This document shows, piece by piece, positions 59,649 to 64,000 of a stretch of 64,000 bases of DNA. The stretch comes from Candidatus Kaiserbacteria bacterium RIFCSPHIGHO2_02_FULL_49_34 (GTDB taxonomy: Bacteria; Patescibacteriota; Minisyncoccia; Phycocordibacterales; UBA918), in the NCBI GenBank assembly GCA_001781205.1, contig MFLE01000025.1, forward strand, positions 87,300 to 151,299, given 5' to 3'. The number at the start of each line of letters is the position of its first letter. Position 1 is the stretch's first letter. The notes beneath the pieces were generated by a model that did not search any database, was not told where the DNA came from, and worked only from the letters and a program-made list of their open reading frames with translations. The translations under genes were made by a program, and so were the position numbers.

Positions 59649-60977
59649 CTATTCGCCAAGTCCTTGTGTGACTACATTTGGCAGTAGTGCCCCACGAGTA
59701 TACCTATTCGACGGTGACCAAATCATCCAATCTTGTACGCCGGCATCGTAGCTCGCCTGAAACTGTGCGCGGATTTCTTTCGGGCCGTAGGTACCGCCAT
59801 AGTTGAAGTCTTGAATCCAGGTACGGAGCACTGCGGGTGGATAGCTTTGCTTTGCGTAGATTGCGGGTGTTGAGGTACCGATGCGTTCATGAGTGAATGC
59901 ATTAATACTCGTCGTTGTTGCAACCGCACGCTTCATACCCTCACTCATCGCGTGATGCACGATTGCATACGGCTGTGTGTTTGGATTCGGAATGCCGATG
60001 AAGTTCTTCGGGTAATGTGAAGGGTACACCATCGGTGCGATAGCGTCAAAATATGGCAATGCACGTTCAAGCACCTGTCCAATATTCATGCCGTCTTGCG
60101 CAGTTGTGGTCATTCCAAAAAGGTCTGCTGTGATAACAGGCACCTGCCGCTCACCCTCATGAATAGCCGCCGCATACCGAGACTCGTCTCGGAGTGCGGT
60201 GCTCAAATACTTGAAAAATGCCTCGAGGTTTTCTTCTTGACTTGTACCGTACTGTGTCGCTTCTGCCTGTGGATGAGAAATATCGCTCATATTGCCGTCG
60301 GATGGATAACGAACATAGTCAAAGTTTAGTTCATCAAAGCCGAGATTATATGCAGTAACAGAAAGATCAATGATGTGATCCCAATACCTCTTTGCGCCCA
60401 CATCAACAAACGCGAGACCTTTACTATCTTTCCACGTCGTTACTTTATCTGCCCGCTTCACCGCATCCTCAGGGTGCGCAGCAGCATAGAATGGATCCTG
60501 AAAGACGGTGATGCGCCCAATAACAAAGACGCCCTTTGCATGAAGCTGTGCAATAAATTCCTTCATGTCACGGGCACCACAGCGAGCATTTTCCCATGCC
60601 GGATACCAGAACGAATCTGTACCAGGATTAAACGAAAGTGTTCCTGAGAAGTCTTTGATATCAATAACGAGCGCATTCACTTCCGTATCATCAATCACGG
60701 ATACAACGTCCGCGCGAAAATCTTTTGTGCCGACGACGCATGAGGTCATATAAATAGCTTTGAGTGGTGACGGAAGCGCGACATGTTTGATGCGCTCGCG
60801 AGTATCAATGGGCAGAGATGGAGCTGCCGATGTTTCCTCGCCAACCGCTACCGCGGCTGTTGCGGTTTCTCCAGTAACACGCGTAACACTTCCCTCCTGC
60901 GGAATATTCGCAGAGAGCGCGTAGACAAGTACCCATACGGATGTGGTCAGACCCGCAGCAAGGAAAAACCGCATCAT
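59649..60977 (-). CDS. Putative glycoside hydrolase (DUF4015-like TIM barrel)
   Basis: NALVIDIKD, GRI.VFQD, GFDELNFDYVRYP, PMVYPSHY and WIQDF. Confidence 0.82.
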   Translation of the reverse strand: MMRFFLAAGLTTSVWVLVYALSANIPQEGSVTRVTGETATAAVAVGEETSAAPSLPIDTRERIKHVALPSPLKAIYMTSCVVGTKDFRADVVSVIDDTEVNALVIDIKDFSGTLSFNPGTDSFWYPAWENARCGARDMKEFIAQLHAKGVFVIGRITVFQDPFYAAAHPEDAVKRADKVTTWKDSKGLAFVDVGAKRYWDHIIDLSVTAYNLGFDELNFDYVRYPSDGNMSDISHPQAEATQYGTSQEENLEAFFKYLSTALRDESRYAAAIHEGERQVPVITADLFGMTTTAQDGMNIGQVLERALPYFDAIAPMVYPSHYPKNFIGIPNPNTQPYAIVHHAMSEGMKRAVATTTSINAFTHERIGTSTPAIYAKQSYPPAVLRTWIQDFNYGGTYGPKEIRAQFQASYDAGVQDWMIWSPSNRYTRGALLPNVVTQGLGE

Positions 60978-61297
60978 ACGCGAAGAGTTGATGAGGTTGA
61001 TACGGCGGCACGGATTTTGGCAGCGTGTGTAGCTGGTGTTGCGCGCTGCGCGAGCGGCATTGCGGGAGCAACAGGCATAGGCTTGCGGGTTGATTCTGAA
61101 AATGAGGAACCATGGAGTTCACTAGAGTGGTGCGTGATGGAGCGACGATAGCGTGCGTGACGCAAACCAATCCCCAGGAGCACAAGAAGCACTCCACAAA
61201 GCACCAACAGCGTCTCACGTAGCGACTGCGGCACGCCAAGATACGGCACAAGTGCGACAAAAATGCCAAGGAACACAACGATAATCTCACGGGTCAT
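60974..61297 (-). CDS. Small two-TM hypothetical protein
   Basis: LG.FVALVPYLGVP; ATGA overlap with the downstream gene. Confidence 0.7.
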   Translation of the reverse strand: MTREIIVVFLGIFVALVPYLGVPQSLRETLLVLCGVLLVLLGIGLRHARYRRSITHHSSELHGSSFSESTRKPMPVAPAMPLAQRATPATHAAKIRAAVSTSSTLRV

Positions 61298-61384
61298 GTG
61301 AGCATTATACCCGCATCATTCCACAAATGCAAAAAACAAGAAAAAGCCGCACTCGAGGAGTGCGGCACAATGGGGTGTGGAATA

Positions 61385-62053
61385 CTAAGGAGCAACATGG
61401 CTCGCGTCGCCAACCCATACGCGCCAACCTTTCTTGCCGACACGGAGGGGATTACGGAAGGCGCCGTATTCAACTTTTACGATTACCGTGTTTTCAAATT
61501 CCTCGCCAGACTGCAGAAACATTTCGGGGGAGAAACTTGCACCGTATCGCATCACACAAAGGAGATACCTCAGAAACACACCATGCGTTACGACAACCGC
61601 ACACATTTCGGGTGCATCACGCAGGAACTGTTCCGCTCGGAATGCACGCTCTCGTGCCATACCGAAGGTTTCCTCATCATAGATTTGCTTACTTTGCGCA
61701 AACAGGTCAACAAACCAGGTCATGTACTTGATAAAATCAGGTTCATTGATTGACTTTCCCTGAAAATGAGTGGGGTTCATGCATTCGATGAGATCTGCAT
61801 TCTCTGTCACCAGGCAGCTCAGTGGCTTATTTGCAAGGTAAGCGGTTTGCTTTGCACGAATCATTGGGCTGCAATATATGTGCTGAAAAGGCATTCCACT
61901 GCTCTCCGCGATACGCGCAAGGCGATAGCCGAGCCGTGCAGCCTGCTGAATGCCACAACCACTGAGCGGGTTATGCCACCCTTGCACAATGCCATTTTCA
62001 TTCGCCTCAGTTTTGCCATGACGACACAGGTACAGTGTCTTTTCGACGTTCAT
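61385..62053 (-). CDS. Histidine phosphatase family protein
   Basis: RHG, SP..RAKQTA and VVTHG; AAGGAG SD. Confidence 0.88.
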   Translation of the reverse strand: MNVEKTLYLCRHGKTEANENGIVQGWHNPLSGCGIQQAARLGYRLARIAESSGMPFQHIYCSPMIRAKQTAYLANKPLSCLVTENADLIECMNPTHFQGKSINEPDFIKYMTWFVDLFAQSKQIYDEETFGMARERAFRAEQFLRDAPEMCAVVVTHGVFLRYLLCVMRYGASFSPEMFLQSGEEFENTVIVKVEYGAFRNPLRVGKKGWRVWVGDASHVAP

Positions 62054-62109
62054 GAGAAACTCCTTTGTATGGAAGAACAAGAATCAATACCATACCATAC
62101 TTATTTATG

Positions 62110-63897
62110 TTAAACAAGGAGAGACTCTGGCGTGTACTCTGGGCGAACACGTTCTATTGTAAGGAGTTTGTGCTGGAGCTCCTCTACATCTTCCGCGTTT
62201 TTTTCTGCTGCGCGGACTTGTGCGCGAATAAGGCTTGCGTGGTAGGCGATGATGGTTTTGTGGAATTGCGTGAGGGATTGCGCGATGCGGAAGGATTGGG
62301 TCTTAATGTGTTCGTTACGCTCCGTTTCTTCAAAGTCGCGTTTTATCTCTTTGGTACGGCGAGCAATGTAGTCGTTGACGTCGTGCTCGGTTGGTGTCTG
62401 CGGCATAGTGGAGAAGGCAACGAGTTCCTGCAGGATGTTGTCGAAAAAATCTTTAACGCGTTCATACATGACTTTCTTTTTGGGTTCGGTTGCGAGAATG
62501 GAGAGAAGGGTGTGGAAAAAGAGAAGATGCTCATGGATCCGCACGTCGTGATGTGGTTCTGCTTTTGGTGCTTCGAGTGGTGCGAGAGGTCGCTTCACGG
62601 CATCAGCTTTTGTTGGTTCGTCTGACTTTTTCCTTGCCGCGATAAGAGAGTCAATTTTCCCGAGAATTGCTTCTTTTGAAATCCCTGTCGCCCTCGCGAC
62701 TTCATTTGCAAAAAATTCCACCTCAATACGACTCGGCATGACGGCGATGAGCGGAAGGATTTCTTCTTCGGCAGCACGAATAAACGCACGGTCGTCTTTT
62801 GCGTCTTCTTTGAGAATAGTAAGGAGCCAGTCGACAATGGTGCTGGCCGCGCCAATTATTTTCTTGAGTTCTTCGGGGTGGTCTTTGGCGATATCGGCAG
62901 GGTCTTTGCCGCCGATAATACGCGCAACCTTCACATCCATACCACGCGAGAGCATTGGTTCTGCGGCACGTTTTGTCGCGGCGATACCGGCCTTGTCGGA
63001 GTCGAAGCAGAGCACGGAACGCCCTGAGAGGCGCGAGAGTAGGTCTATGTGCTGCATCGTAAAGCCGGTGCCCGACACCGCGACAGCGTTTTGATAGCCG
63101 GCTTGATGCGACATCACCACGTCGAATTGCCCCTCCACTACAAGCGAAAAGTCGTAGTGACGGATTCCTGTTTTTGCGAGGTGGTAGCCGTACATCATTT
63201 CTCCCTTTTTGAAGAGTTCGGTCTCAGGAGAGTTGACGTACTTTGGGTTCTTCGGGTCGTCGGAGAGCGTGCGTCCACTAAAGCCAATCACATGCCCTGA
63301 TGGGTCGCTAATCGGGAACATAACGCGGTTACGGAAGACGTCGTACGGATCCTTGCCATCAGCGCTTTTCACAAGTCCTGCGGCGAGCATCTCTGCGTCT
63401 TTGTAGCCTTTACTTTTGAGGTAATCGCGGAGATTACGCCAGCCATCGGGAGCGAGTCCGATACGCCATCCATGTGAAGTTTCTGTCGTGACGCCGCGGT
63501 TCTTGAGATACTCCTGCACTTGCGCAGACTTCTGCCCTTCCGCAAAGTAGTAGATTGTTGCATCCTCGAGAATAGCAAATGCCCTATCGCGCGCTGAGCG
63601 CTTTTCTGGATTTTCTGCAACGAGTTCAACACCCGCTTTGTCAGCAAGAATTTTAAGCGCTCCCTTAAAATCCACACCTTCCATGGTTTGGATAAAGCTA
63701 AACATGTCACCTCCCTGGGAGGTCGAGAAGCAGTAATACATGCCCCGGTCGGGCGACACATGAAAAGACGGCGTTTTCTCATTGGTAAACGGCGACTTTC
63801 CTTTCCAGCTCTTGCCGGCACGATGAAGCTCGACGTAGCCACCGACCACATCGAGAATAGAAAGTTTTTCTTTTATTTGTTCAACAGCTGATTTCAT
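62110..63897 (-). CDS. dnaG: DNA primase
   Basis: EKTPSF, FRNRVMFPI, PKY.NSPET, TOPRIM VEG.FDV, FDSD.AG and KDPAD. Confidence 0.96.
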   Translation of the reverse strand: MKSAVEQIKEKLSILDVVGGYVELHRAGKSWKGKSPFTNEKTPSFHVSPDRGMYYCFSTSQGGDMFSFIQTMEGVDFKGALKILADKAGVELVAENPEKRSARDRAFAILEDATIYYFAEGQKSAQVQEYLKNRGVTTETSHGWRIGLAPDGWRNLRDYLKSKGYKDAEMLAAGLVKSADGKDPYDVFRNRVMFPISDPSGHVIGFSGRTLSDDPKNPKYVNSPETELFKKGEMMYGYHLAKTGIRHYDFSLVVEGQFDVVMSHQAGYQNAVAVSGTGFTMQHIDLLSRLSGRSVLCFDSDKAGIAATKRAAEPMLSRGMDVKVARIIGGKDPADIAKDHPEELKKIIGAASTIVDWLLTILKEDAKDDRAFIRAAEEEILPLIAVMPSRIEVEFFANEVARATGISKEAILGKIDSLIAARKKSDEPTKADAVKRPLAPLEAPKAEPHHDVRIHEHLLFFHTLLSILATEPKKKVMYERVKDFFDNILQELVAFSTMPQTPTEHDVNDYIARRTKEIKRDFEETERNEHIKTQSFRIAQSLTQFHKTIIAYHASLIRAQVRAAEKNAEDVEELQHKLLTIERVRPEYTPESLLV

Positions 63898-64000
63898 GAT
63901 CCTGAGCGTGGCTTCGGTGTAACTTGTATTGGACTCTTAATGTCTGGCGTCCACGGATCAGACTTAATCTCACCGTGTGCTCCTTCAAATTCCGCAACAC
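63894..64000 (-). CDS. 3' end of an unidentified upstream gene (partial)
   Basis: Open frame VAEFEGAHGEIKSDPWTPDIK...GS* with an ATGA overlap on the dnaG start. Confidence 0.45.
   Translation of the reverse strand, partial: VAEFEGAHGEIKSDPWTPDIKSPIQVTPKPRSGS

Overview
This 64 kb window looks like a small-genome Patescibacteria/CPR chromosome, probably Parcubacteria. That assignment is inferred from gene content, the QQRK-loop EF-P, the leaderless gene starts and the palindromic intergenic elements. The standard genetic code is used. The core genes are pyrG, mnmA, rmuC, nth, serS, ftsEX, rsmI, murC, tgt, iscS, recO, rseP, frr, efp, murA, pth and dnaG. There are five tRNAs: Trp, Arg, Glu(CTC), Glu(TTC) and Tyr. 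These are interspersed with surface proteins (a sortase-anchored DUF3494 protein, an RCC1-repeat protein, a PG-binding/FN3 protein) and many orphan ORFs. No CRISPR, rRNA, integrase or transposase was seen. The most notable observations are: (1) a NYN nuclease gene sits between two tRNA-Glu genes identical except at the wobble base, and a convergent near-consensus promoter could make a short hairpin RNA over its 3' end; (2) membrane-anchored sensor and binding ectodomains occur without any output or transport module; (3) genes fall into two expression classes, leaderless core genes and SD-led orphans with a boxA-like leader motif; (4) several families of dispersed non-coding repeats occur, including tRNA-derived inverted copies.
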